The notes beneath the pieces are model-generated. The model ran no database searches and was not told where the DNA came from. It worked only from the letters and a program-made list of their open reading frames with translations. This document shows, one piece after another, positions 11,210-23,798 of a DNA stretch of 64,000 bases. Made by a program: the position numbers and the translations under genes. Within the stretch, counting starts at the first letter, position 1. Every line of letters starts with the position of its first letter. The DNA comes from Zygnema circumcarinatum SAG 698-1b (lineage: Eukaryota; Plantae; Zygnematophyceae), in contig CM074806.1 in assembly GCA_037447605.1 (NCBI GenBank), positions 4,526,001 through 4,590,000 on the forward strand, written 5' to 3'.

Positions 11210-14200
11210 TTAAGGAGCACAGGAGCCGGCTGCTTCTGAGCACTCCAACGAACAGCAAAGCCGATATGACGGTTTGACCCCAACCTCACAAGGCTTGAAA
11301 GGCCATCCACTCTACACATTATTCATCCACCTTCAATTCTCCCGTTCCGCGCGGAAGGGGAGGGGGGAGGGGGGGAGGGGGTGGAGGGGGGGGNNNNNNN
11401 NNNGGGGGGGGGGGGGAACTGAGGGGTGAGGAGAGGGAGGGAGGGAGAGAGGGAGAGAGAGAACATAGAGAAAGAGAGCGAGAGCGAGAGGAGAGTGGAG
11501 ATAGGTGGTGGAAGCCTAAGAGAAGGGAGGGAGGAGATGGAGAAGAGGAGCAGCAAAGCCATGTCCTTCCCGCCAAACCCTCCAAAGACAGCCCTCCCTC
11601 TCTCCACAACCTCAGCTCGAAACCCTCAATGCTGCAGAGGGTCCCTCCTCCCTCCTTCCCTCTTTGCAGCCCTCCCCCTCCCTCTCCCCTCCCTCCACCT
11701 GTAACTGCGAGAGTGCCTGGCGAAGGCCCTCCCCTGAGAGCGGCTTTGTGAGGAAGCCGTCCATCCCCGCCCGCTTGCACTCCCTCCGCGCACCACTCAC
11801 CACATCCGCCGTCACGGCGAATATGGGCACACGTGGCGCACAGGGATTGGAGGATGCGTGCTCTGCCTCCATTTTGCGCACCATGCGCGTAGCTTCGTAA
11901 CCATCCATGACAGGCATCTGCAGGAGGAGGAGGGAGAGGGGGGGGGGGGGGGAGAGAGGGAGGGGGGATGAGGGAGAGTGTTTGTGTGTGTGAAAGTGAG
12001 AGTGAGGGAGGTAGAGCAAGAGGCCCCGGACGTCTCACTTCACCTTCACAAGGGATATGTATCTGAAAAGAGAGGGTTTTTTGTGCACCTGCAAGTCCAT
12101 GAACACGCAGACGAAGTTGTGCAGATGGGGCGGGTGCAGCTGCTCCACCGCCCTCTGCCCGTTCTCTGCATGCGAGACCTGCACTCCATAGGGAGCCAGT
12201 TTCGCAGCCAAAACTTTTCTGTTTACGGGATTGTCGTCGACAACCTGCATGGCGGAAAATATATAGAAATAGACGAATTACGAAATAAAAGAAAGTCCTC
12301 GATAAGCAACTTGTGAGCTGACAACATCAAAACGTAAGTGGTTAAGTTGTTTCTCGGAACTGTGCACCATGGTTTTTAATTGTTTTGCCAACTCCGTGGT
12401 TTGGGGGGGGGGGGGGGGGTTGGGAGACAGTGGCAAGTACGAAATGGTGGCAGCAGAGGGCGCCTGCTGAGAGAGGAAGGGAAATGAGAAAGAGGGAGGG
12501 GAGACGGGAGAGGGCGAAAGAGAGAGAGAGAGGACGAAAGACGGAGGTCGAGAGGGAGGGACTGAGAGGGAACGGGAAATGGACGAGAGGGAGAGGGAGA
12601 GGGAGAAAAGGGAGAGAAGGGATGCGTTCCACTCACCAAGCACCGCTTTCCTTTGAGTGCTGAAAGCACGGGAGACGCATGCACTCCCCTCTTCAAAGAT
12701 TCAGTCCGGTCCCCTAACCCTAATTGTCTCACCTCACTCTCTTCCCCCTCTGTCACAGCCGTCGGCTGCGCTGACAGCGCTCTCCTGAGAGGCGGAACAG
12801 CAGAAAAAGTCCGATGAATCTTTGGAATTTCAGAATGAGCTCTGCGTATACTCGACTCTGAGGGTTCTTCGTAGTCGATTTCAGCGGTTTCCGAGACTTC
12901 ACTCCTCTCTCCCTCCCTTCTGCCTCTCCCTCTACCTTCCATCTGAAATTCTCCCTCGTCGTCGCAGAGAGTGAGAGCTTCACTCCCTCTCTCTTCCCCA
13001 AGCCCTTGTACATGACCTCCCACACTCCACATCACTCCCTCTCTTCCTGGCCCGTACTCCTCTAAGCCTGTAACGGGCTCCTGAATCCTATCACTCACTA
13101 CCAATCCCACGTTATCATCGCCTAAACTCCGACTCCACAGCTTGAAATCAGCCACAGTTTGAGGAGTGCTCGCATCACTCTCCCTCACATCACTCACTTC
13201 TTTCTCTATCTCCCCTCCCCTTTCACAACGTTCTCTCCTGCAAGATTCTAACAGTGCCCTTTCCTGTTCCTCTTTACCTGACCCCGCAGCCTCTATACAA
13301 GAAGAATCCCGCCCTCCTTCTATCCTTCCATTATAATTTACTTGACCTGTACTTTCACTTCCCTCCTCACCCGGAGAGTCTCTCCCTTCAGCACTAGCTC
13401 CACAGCCCTCCTCCTCCTGAAGAGTAGGTAGAGGATCATAAGTCATATGTGCTTCTTGCTCTACACTTCTACATAGGACCACTCCCCCCTTTCTCTCCCT
13501 TCCTTCCCATCCCTCCCACCCATCTTCATTTCCTCCTCCAGCTTCCCCAAGTTCCCTCAACCCTCCCTCTACTCCAGCTTCCGCCCCACCATCCTCGCTT
13601 TCTGAAGCCAACCCCCTTCCTATTTCCACTTGAAAAATCCTCACAAGCCCCTTCTCCTTCTCCCCACTCTCCACCTCGATCTCCCTCTGCCTCTCGCCCT
13701 CCCCATCCCTCTCCCTCTCCCTCTCCCTCTCCCTCTCCCTCTCCCAATCCCCATCCCTCTCCCTCACCCTCTCCATATCCATATCCATGGGACCATCAGT
13801 TTTCTCGCCCCCGCCATCCTCCGAGAGGGTACATAGACGCCCTGATCCCGTTGGTTGCAACGGAACGGTGAGTCCAACATGGTGCCATAGAAAGTGTGCT
13901 AGCCAGTCATTGAGAGCCCAACAGGAAGCGAGTGCCGTCTCCAAGTGCTCTATCTGCTTCGGCGTTAAAGGGCCGTCCTCTTCTAGCGTGCCCAACATAC
14001 CTGCAACGCCGGCGACATCACCTCCAAAATGATGCAGGGAAGAAAGAGAGGGAGAAAGCAAGAGGGGAAGAGCAAATGGATTGGGAGCGAGAGAAAGTGG
14101 TCGGGCGTTTCGGAGAAGGGAGGTCAGAGAGGGGTAGGGAGAGGGGAGGGAGAGGGGGAGAGGGTATGGGGAGGGGAGTGAAGATGCAAGACCGGAAGGA

Positions 14201-15662
14201 CTACAGAGAGGGGGAGAGAGAAAATGCGAGATAGAAATAAAGAGTGCAAGCGAGCGAGAGAGAGTGCGAGACAGAAAGTGGGAGAGGCTGAGAGAGCGAG
14301 AGAGTGAGAGAGAGGGAGAAGAAGTGAATGGGAGGGGAAGGGGGGGAGGGGGAGACGGAGTGAGATAGGGCACGAATCTCAAGAATCACAAAGCTTGACT
14401 ATTCAGAAGGGAGTGAAGGCAGGAAACACACCAATTATTCCGTTAAGCGGAGTCCGTATCTCGTGTGAGATACATGCAAGAAATTCCGTTTTCGCGCATT
14501 CTGAATTCTTTATTTCAGCTTTCGCCCGGTTGAGCTCCTCCAACAAATGGCCAATTCGCTTCTCGGTAGAATTGGTACATTGCCACGTGGCCAAACCACA
14601 GACAATCACAGCGACCAAACTCAAAAGCACACTCGTCCATGCTACTGACCTGAATCCCGACCAAAGAAAAAAAAAAAAAAAAAAGGGGGGGGGGAGGGGG
14701 GGTTGGGGGGGAAGTGAGCGAGGAAGCGGGAAATGGAAAAATCCTAAAAAATGTCTCACAGTGTGATGAAGACAAAACTCATGATGAAATAGCAAAAAAA
14801 AAAAAAGAAACCGAGTAAAATGTTGGCACGTTGTCTTTTAAAAAAGGAGCAAAACAAAACTGGTTTGAGAGCATTGCTATGAATTAAATCATCAGAAATA
14901 ATTGCGGAAGTGAACTGACCTCAAGAACGAAGGATCGGAGATGAAATAAGTCGAAAAAAAGTTGAAGGCTGAAGTACAGACGACTACAGCAGCTCCGAAA
15001 AACAAACTCCAAATGATTCTTTTTCGATCTCCCGAAAAACAATCAAAGAGAGCCTTCTCCTCCAGCAAAAAATCTTTATCCGAAGCTGAAGAGTGCTGCC
15101 CGGACTGCCCAAACTGCCCGAAAATTTCTTGAGAAGGTAAACGTGGGTTTGCTGCAGATTGGCTCTTTGCCGAGGTTATGACGTTTCTCACATTTTGAAG
15201 AACTGACTGCATAGAACCGACGGAAGTGGTGGAAGCTTCTTCAAGCGTCTTTCCTTTGTATAAGTTCTCTCTCAATATGTCCTCCTCCAGATTCTTCTGA
15301 ACCCTCATAGTATCCAGATTCAACGAATCTGGACCTCCATTGCATTCCGACCTTTCCAAACTTATTCTTGCAAAGTTTACACATTTCAAACTCTTCCCTG
15401 AGCCGTCTGAACTTGGAACCAGTATACAGCAGCAGCATGCGTTCCACGGGTCTGTAGAAACCTTAATGGCTTCATCTTTTTCAACATTTCCTCCTCGAAA
15501 AACCACGTCTTTTGCGAGATACCAATTCCGAGTTCTCTCGCTGAGCGGCGTCTCCTTTCCCCTATCTCCTCCTGCCTCCCTATTCCTCTCTCCTCCTCTC
15601 ACTCCAGTTCTCTCCTGATCTTCCTCCTCTACTCCCGGCATCGGCACCTTCTCTCCCTCCAT
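11210..15662 (-). CDS. Hybrid histidine-kinase-like protein: N-terminal region, 2 TM helices, HisKA, long acidic linker, C-terminal receiver domain; no HATPase domain seen
   Basis: Exons 15662-14920, 14649-14432 (KTEFLACISHEIRTPLNGIIG H-box), 14000-12637, then REC exons VVDDNPVNRKVL...FMDLQ|MPVMDGYEATR...AVTAD...LTKP. The C-terminus is uncertain (stop at 11612 by read-through, or at 11210 via one more exon). Confidence 0.8.
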
Positions 15663-17750
15663 GCTAAGAACCTCTACCACAGCTGTTTTTTCCCTTCGGT
15701 AATAAACATATGGAGCGGCTCTCCTTTCCCCTGAACCTCCGCTTCACTGCCTTCCAGGGCAAAGAAAACGAGAAAAGAAAGGGGAAAAAATATGAATATT
15801 AATAAACACAGGCTTGTTGAGAAAGGCTTCAAAAACAGGAGGGCGAAAAAGAGAAAACAGTGCTATTACGCGACAATGGAGGATGTCTTGAAAGGAATGT
15901 TGGACATTGAAAATTACAGAACGGAAAGAAGAAGGGGCGCAACAAATGACGGAAGACAAAAAAAAGAAAAAGAAAAAATGACGAGGGGGTGCAGAGAAGA
16001 TATTTTGAAAGCACACTTAAGTTGGATTTAAATTTAGAACGGTTAAATGCCATCTTTCTTCCTTTGGAACGCAGTCAATTAACTTGGAAGCTACGCTGAA
16101 CAAGAGGGAGGGAGGGAGGGAGGGAGTGAACGACGAAAGAGAGAAAGGAGGGAGGAAAAGAGGCAGTGCACTGGGCAAGAGAGAGGGGGGTTGAGAGAAA
16201 GAGCGAGAGCACAGTGGAAGTGGGAGAGAGGAAGGAGCACATGAAATGTCGTGAAAAATTCATAGCATTGATAGCATAGCAATGATCCTAAAACAAAAAA
16301 AAACATCTCCTTCCTTTCACCCCTGAAGAGGAGCTTCAACAGCAAAACAAACAAACGCATTTTGAAAAAGACTTCTCCATTGACGACCACTAATCCCAGA
16401 CCAGCAGGGATCACGGAATAAACAGAGCGCAGTCAGATAATTAGGTTTGAAGGCGCAGCCCCTCCCTCCCTCCCTCCCTCCCTCCCTCTCTCCTCCCACC
16501 CTCCCTCCCTCCCTCCCTCCCTCCCTCCCTCCCTCACCTTCCGGGGCGCCGCGTGCAGGCCCTCCCTCCCTCCCTCAGCTTGCGGGGAGCCGCGTGCAAG
16601 CCCTCCCTCCCTCCCGCTCTCTAAGGTCTCTCGCTCTCTTGAGTCTTCCTTTCCAAGAGAGGGCGCCCTGCAAGGTTCAAACTCCAACCGGCAAACCGGA
16701 GCGAAAACTTTGCAAACCGGCTCGAAAGTTTGCAACCGGCTCTGCAAGACTCGACTCTGGGGGCACTCAACGCTGATTGGCTGCGGGCACGTCGTCTTGT
16801 TCGGGATCCGTACATCCAGACGGCTTTTTACATTTTTATAGTTCGAACTAATAGGGAAGTAGGCTCTGTATCCCCTTTTTTGGCGTATTTATACCCCTTT
16901 TGTACCCGATAGTCGAAAATAAAATGGTAAATGTAATACGATTTGGTCGTGGGTACGGACAAAAATGGGTTGACCGTCAGATCCTTACTTAAACATGACG
17001 TGAACATGACGAAGGCATGGCGTAAGCAAACAACTGAGCGCGCGACACCTGGCATCCTGCATGGGCATTTGTCGGCAAGTCCTTTTTACCGTACTATTTG
17101 CCGTACATATTTTTGTCCGAATTCGCCATCATGCCTCAGGCGATCTTAACTACATGCGCGTCACATGACGTCACAATAAAGAACTTTTCCTGAAACTGAC
17201 CTTTCTGGAAGCCTAAAATTCGCCACGTCAGCAAAAGATCTGGTAGCCGGATTTGAAAAAGTTTGCCGGCATATTCGGGTGAAATAATCAATCAATTTGA
17301 CGACGTCAACAGTCGGCGCCTAACAGATCGTTCACAATCCAAACCGCATTAAACGACAAATCGTACAGCCCGTTTATGACGTCAGCTAATGGGTCTCAGC
17401 ATGCCGATTCGCAATATGCAAATATTCACCGATCAACAGATATTGGCGATATTTCCAATACACGAATCTCTTTACGAGTCATTGCGATTCCTCCCCGAAC
17501 CATTTGGTCGTACGGACAGCCATTTTCCGTACAACGGTGAGCCTCCGGCTTGGCTCCGCAGGTCCGCGCGGCCGTCAGATATACGACAAAATATGCCGCC
17601 CGGGAAAGCTGGCGCAAGCGTACGAACTGCCGGTACTGTACTGTAGAGCGCCACTTTTGTCGTACGTGGCGAGGTGGACACGACAGCGCGATCTCTAAAC
17701 GAGCCCGGATTGGCTGGGAACGATTCGTCCTGCCTGCCGCTCGTGTGCGG

Positions 17751-17840
17751 CTCCTCGTGGTTTCCCATGTTGTGTTGGTGTTGGTGTTGTTGTTGCTGGC
17801 CATGGGCATTTCATGGCAGGCCATGCGTGAGACCAATGTC
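17751..17840 (-). repeat. Diverged inverted copy of the ~100-bp dispersed repeat
   Basis: Reverse complement reads GACATTGGTCTCACGCATGGCC...AAATGCCCATGGCCAGCAAC...CATGGGAAACCACGAGGAG. Confidence 0.75.
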
Positions 17841-18273
17841 AGATCCATCCCCGTTGTATTCAAATGGACGATGTGATACCATCCAACGGTGCAACCGATA
17901 GAGGCTTGATTCGGGTCTACATGCTCAGGAGTTTCACCGTAAAACCGAACAGGTTGAGAAGTTGGAAAACGAATCTACTTAATTTCTAAATTCTCAATCA
18001 TATTGAGTAGAGTTGAACTTTGAACACTCGAAGTCGCAACTTTTTTGATTTAAGAAAGCGAAAAGTTCAAAAAAAAAAATTCAAAGACTCAATATGTTCA
18101 GTCGCACGTGTGCATTCTAGTTTTTGCCACGTTGGCTCCATGCGATCCGAGGGATCTAGTTAACCCCCACGTTTGCCGTACATCGGGGTTAACCTCTTCC
18201 TGCGAGAGCCAATCAACAATTTCTGTACAGATCTCCAGCCAGGTCCACACGTGCTTTGCGATTCGCTAAAACC

Positions 18274-21200
18274 TCAACCAGTTCGGTTATACGGCACTGC
18301 CAACGGACCGTCCAACAGTACGGAGGAATCCATGCACAGCCCCAACTTCCTCACATGGATCAGCCATGACCCCCAACACGTGTCCGCCTCTAGCGTCCTC
18401 CCATTCCCCACCACAACAAGCCCCCGCCGGGCCCTTGTGATAGCCACATTCATCCTCCTTGGATCCACAACGAATCCTAGCCGTCCATTCTTGTTCGCCC
18501 GGACAGTCGACAAGACGATCACCTCCTTTTCCCGTCCTTGGAACCCGTCCACCGTTTTGACCTCCAACAAATCCAAGTTCTCTCTCTCATGCCCATTCAT
18601 GCTTTGCGCGAACAAATCGTGCAATAGCCGTATTTGCGCACGATATGGGGCTATGACCCCTACGTCCTCATAGCCTCCCTGAAGGTCCCCCGCCGCCATA
18701 AGTCCCTTCACCACCCTCACCACCGCCTCCGCCTCCGCCCTATTAAAAAAAGAGGCCCCTTCGCCGCTGCTCTCCTCCTCTCCCTCCCTACAATCGACGA
18801 ATACAAGGGGGGCCTCCCTATCGGGCCAACCAAAACCGTACGGTGCCAACCGATCTGCCGGTCGCGGTGCCGACCGCAACCGATTTCCGTAGAACTGAGC
18901 CGACGGAAACGCTGCGATCTTTGGATGCATTCTGTACTGCGTGTCGAGAAGGTACGGTTCCATTCCGTACGACTGCAACCGTACGGACAGGCTCTCCGCC
19001 AGACCCAGTTCCATGGCCTCAGTTGAGATTACCGTTGGCGGCAACTGCGCAGGGTCCCCAACAAGCACGGCGCAGTCGGCGCGGCTCCGGACCAATGGGA
19101 TGAGGGCAGCTGGCTCAGTTGCTTGCGTGGCTTCGTCTACGACGCACACGTGGAATCGCAAGCCGTCCAAAACGGGATCTCCGGCGCCGACACATGTAGC
19201 CGCCACCACGTCTGCCTCCCCCAGAATCTCCTGCGCCGCGTCATCAGCCAATGAGGCGGCGCGCTCCCACGTGTCGACGGCTCCCTGTGCCGCTTCGGTC
19301 CGCCGTTTTGAATTATTTATGGAACGCGATTCCATGCGCTGTATTACGGCCGCTCCGCGCAGTTTAACGACCTGTTCCATCGACGGGTGGTTGCATAGAA
19401 GGGCTTCCAGCGTGACGTCACGTACGGAAACCTTGACTTTGGCAGGATGCCCGATCCGTACGACTCTGAGCCCTAGAGCCAAGAGCCCCTCCACCAAATT
19501 GTCGACCGCCACGTTGCTGTCCGCACATGCGAGGACGGCCGCTGATTTGTCCAAAGATTTGACGGCGGCAACGAAGTTCAGCAGGGTCTTGGTCTTTCCT
19601 GCACATCAAAAGAGGAAATTTTTTAAGATTTTTTAAGAAAATTTGTAAAAAATCTGTAAGAAATTTTCAAGATGTGGGGTTTTCCGTTCAGTTTCTGGGG
19701 TCCAAGTTTCCAAGGTTTAAAGTCTAAAATCTTTGAAGTTTTTCCAAGTAAACCTAAAGGTTCACTTAAAGGGAAGCGCGAGCTCTGGGTCCCTTGGGGC
19801 TCACACACACAGAGCAAAGGCTCCAAGGGTTCAGGAATGGGTTTATAGGGCTGCCATGGGCGACAGAATTATTAAGGTTCAGGGCCGAGCCCCCACTGAC
19901 CGGTTCCGGGAGGGCCTTGCCAGAGCGTGAGCCTCCTTGAAAGCGCCGCCTGTACGGCCGCCAGCTGGCTCGCGTTCAGTGTGCCACGTGGCACCTCCTT
20001 CATGGCGGCGCCCGCCCTCCCCTTGAGCCATTCCGGCGCTTTCGCAGCATAGCTCAACCCCTCGGCTGCCTCTATCTGCCTCCTCTCCCTCTCTCCCTCT
20101 CCCTCTCCCTCTCCCTCTCCCTCTACCCCTCTCCCGCTTCTTCCATCCCCTTCTCTCCGCTTCCTCCAACCCTCTTTCTGCTCCTCCCACTCTTCCTTCT
20201 CCTCGCCCTTCTCCGCCTCCTCCTCTCCGTCTCCCTCATCTTCCTCTTCCTCGCCCTCTCCCACTCCCTCTCCCATCCTAACCCTCTTCTCTTCTGACCG
20301 CATTACAAGGGTCCAGGCAGCCATGGCTGCCTCTCCAGCAAGGACCTCTCCCGGTCCTGCTATAAGACTATTCCTTTTCTTCCTCTCCTCTCCCTCCTTC
20401 TCCCTCCCTTTTGTCCCCACAAGCTGCCCCCGTCGGAACATCTCCCTCTCTCTCCCTCTCTTCTCTCTCTCCCTCTTCTTCTCCGCCTCTGCCACCTGCA
20501 CTCCCATCTTCAAAACTCCTCGTCCCGATCGCGGAGACGGAATGGAACAAAAAGTTTCAACTGCTGCAACACACCGTTTGAATGTAGTTTCGTTCCCCGT
20601 TAAGTCAAGTCTCAATAGAAGTCGCAAATCAACGCTATCCTTGGTGTCTATTGCAACCCGCAAAAATCTGCAATTTCCCAAAAAAACCGAACAACCAAAT
20701 CCCAAACGACAAGGACTTATAAGCTGATACTCCAACCTTTCCCTGAAGTAAATACTACACCTTTGACGTTATAAGTCCATCAGCAAGGAGAAGCTTGCTT
20801 GCTTGCTTTTTGAAATATAAAAAAGAATGACGGGATTACCTCCTTCCTCGCTCCAATACCACGCCTTTCACCGCATCCTCTTCTTCATCGAGGGGATTTT
20901 TTTTACTAATTACAACCATGTCCCCCTGCGCTGCCCTAAAAAGCGCCTCCCAGAAAAAGAAATAAATAAATGTACATGGAATGCAAACGAACAGCCTACG
21001 GTCGTCAGTTTGTCAGAACATTTTTGCTCAAAAAGGAGCATGAATAGAGACGGAGAAGGGAAAAGGCATCCACAAAAGAACGACAATATCTAAAGGATAT
21101 CAACACATGCGACTGATGTTGCGATCTCCGTTTCCGTCCCCGTTTCCGTTACCGTTAATACGGCCTCTCACATGTGAAAATTGGTGTCCTGACGGAAGAA

Positions 21201-22440
21201 ATCCGTCAGACGTGTTACTTGTGAACTGAACTATCCGGAACCTGCAGCCCCCACCTCACATGGAACCACCTTCCAGTAAGGAATTCGAACTGATTTCCAA
21301 GCAAAACCCACAAATATCCTCAGGTAAACCTTGACCTAACAAGAGGCAAACTGAATTTGAGGGGCTTGCCTGAAAAGAAACCCATCCATTTTTGCACGCA
21401 GGTTGAACAAAGCGTAGCCCTCCTGCTCCAACCTCTCAGGCAGCCAATTTTGCAGTCTCTCCTTCAGCAATTCCATCTCTGTGTCCTGGAACAGCCAACG
21501 GAACAGCCAACCGAACCGGCAGAGAAAGCCCCCCTCCGTAGCTTTCATAAGGTGCTTGTGTGAGCTTTTCAGAAATTTTGGGAATTGGGAGGCCTTCCCC
21601 GTAAGGGAGGTACTCGAATATGTGTGTGAATACAGGCCAACGTATGCTACATTTGAGGAAAAAAAGAAAAAAGTTATGTTTCGATCACAATGTAAGTAAA
21701 TTTGAGTAGATTGCATCCAATGTTTTCTGGATGAGAGTATTCGCAAGCATGAATGCATTCAAACAGAAATTCAGTCAACTTCACGACCCTAAATCTATAA
21801 CTCAAGAACGCGAAGGGCCGACAACGACAGCTCTAAATAAGAAAGCAATGCTAAATACGAAGTGGTTATAATTTAAGAACCTTAAAACATAAACTCTGAA
21901 CCAACCTTGAACCTACGTGGTTCCCTCCCCCCTCTCTCCCTCTCAAACCCTTTATCTCTCTTCCCATTACTCTCCCCCCCCCCCTTTCTCTCTCTCTTTC
22001 ACTTCCCATCACTCTCTTCCCCTCTGTCTCCCTACCTCCCCTCTCTATATATCTCTCTCTCTCCCCCGACTTACAAGCTCCGCCTTGAGCGCTGTCGTTA
22101 AGCGCTGGCGGTAGCCCTCCCGCGCGCGGACCTTTACCTCGCCCTTCTCCCCCCTCCGCCGCGTGCCTCCCTCCTCCCCCCCTCCCTCCCCCTTCCTCCT
22201 CCGCCTCCGCTTCTCCCCTCCCTCTCCCCCCTCTGCAGCTATCCTCCATCCTCCCTCCCTCTGATCCTTAGGGTTTCTCAGCTGTCTAGGGTTCAGGAAA
22301 ATTCTAGGGTTTCTAAGGATCGCAGTGTCTGTAGGGTTCGCAGTGACGGATGGAATGAATGGCGACGGATGGGCGCCATGCGGTCCACGTGTCAGCAGGA
22401 GGAGGGCTGCCCCGGGGGCGAGGCTCCCAGCGAGAAGCAT
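18274..22440 (-). CDS. Superfamily-1 helicase, UPF1/IGHMBP2-like (AAA_11/AAA_12 core)
   Basis: LNASQLAAV, QGPPGTG|KT (Walker A split by an intron), SNVAVDNL, VVDEATQ, LVGDPAQLPP, QYRMHPKI, TVDGFQGREKE, RRMNVAITRARRGL. Upstream exons give DTEMELLKERLQNW and SH|GDMVVISKKNPL. The start ATG at 22440 is tentative. Confidence 0.9.
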
Positions 22441-22527
22441 TTAGGGTTAGGGTTTTGAAGGCTTTACGGTTTAGGGAGGAGGATTGGCAATCTATCGCCT
22501 CATGAAACATTCGCCGGAGGGGGTAGT

Positions 22528-23032
22528 GGCATTGACTTCACGATGGCGACGATGTCATGAAATATACATGCACAAATCAGCATGGGGAACCACGAAAAAC
22601 CGGTCGAAAGGGATCTAAGCACACAAGAAAAATGGGTAAGGTGGGGCATTGATCTCACGATGGCGACGCTATCAAATGTACATGGACAAAGCCAACATGG
22701 GGAACCACGAGGAACAGGTCAAAGTCAAAGGTCCCAAGGACAAATGAAAAAAGGGCGAGGTCTGCGTTGTTGAGCCTAGGGCCTAGGCGTAGTTTTCCGC
22801 TCCTCGCTTTTTTCTTTTGTCCTTGGGTCCCTTGCGGCCGGTTAGTTCCTCGTGGTTCCCCATGCTGATGATGTTGTCCATGTACATTTGATGGTGTCGC
22901 CATCGTGAGATGATGATGGGAATGGGAATGATGATGGGGTGCGGCATTGATCTCACGATGGCGATGATGCCATCAAATGTGCATGGCCAACATCAGCATG
23001 GGGAAGGAACCACGAGAAACTAACCGGTCGCA
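22528..23032. repeat. Cluster of four copies of the dispersed repeat (orientation + + - +) in the helicase/PEX4 divergent promoter
   Basis: Copies at ~22528-22620 (+), 22644-22760 (+), 22800-22912 (-) and 22943-23032 (+). Confidence 0.9.
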
Positions 23033-23798
23033 ATTAAGCATTTTTTTGAAACGTTGCCCCGGTCGCTGATCGAGAGTGGGTGGGGCAGAGAGAGAGGGCA
23101 GTTTTCGTCTGCCTCGTCACTCGTCTCGCTCGCTCTCTCTCTCTCACACACACACACTCCCTCTCTCTCTCTCTCTCTCCCTCTCTTTTTCCTCTCCCCA
23201 CTTTCCCCATCCATCCCTCTGTTCTCCTCTCTCTTGGAGCTGTGTTTGGACGTGAAGGCGCCTTACAGGGTTTCATGGCAAGTGCCCTTACCATCTCCGA
23301 AAAGGCCGCTACATGGCCATTTGTGGTTGCCAGCACTTCTGCAAATAAGGAATTAATTATGATGTAACCTTTTTCTTACAATCGTAACAAGCTTGCGCCC
23401 CTGCAGTTCCATGTATCTATTCAAAATTAGGGTTTGCTTCTCCCAAATTCAGCGTTTTCCAAAATTGCTGAAGCGCCTCAGCTGGTTGCCCTAAAGAACA
23501 AAAAAAAAAAACTACGCTTAAATGCAAGTGGGCGAATTGAATACGGTGCGGCAGCGCACAGTAGTAGCAATGTCTTAGATTTTAATATTCTCTTTGGAGA
23601 TTCTCAGGGCCTACAGTTTGGTTACAGGCGAGCATCTCAAGCATGAGCCTCAGCATTCACAGAGCGCATAACTTGCTGCTTGATGCCATGGGGGTTGGTT
23701 TCTACTTACCATGACTAACATCACCATAGCCTACCTTTTCTTTGCAGTTTACGTTTGAACTTAGTCATGCTGAGCCATGTCTGCTTGGGGAGGTGCAG

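Noticed and set aside
17550-17876. ORF with a hydrophobic TM-like stretch
   Set aside because: The hydrophobic part is the GTT-rich inverted copy of the dispersed repeat; no homology evident.
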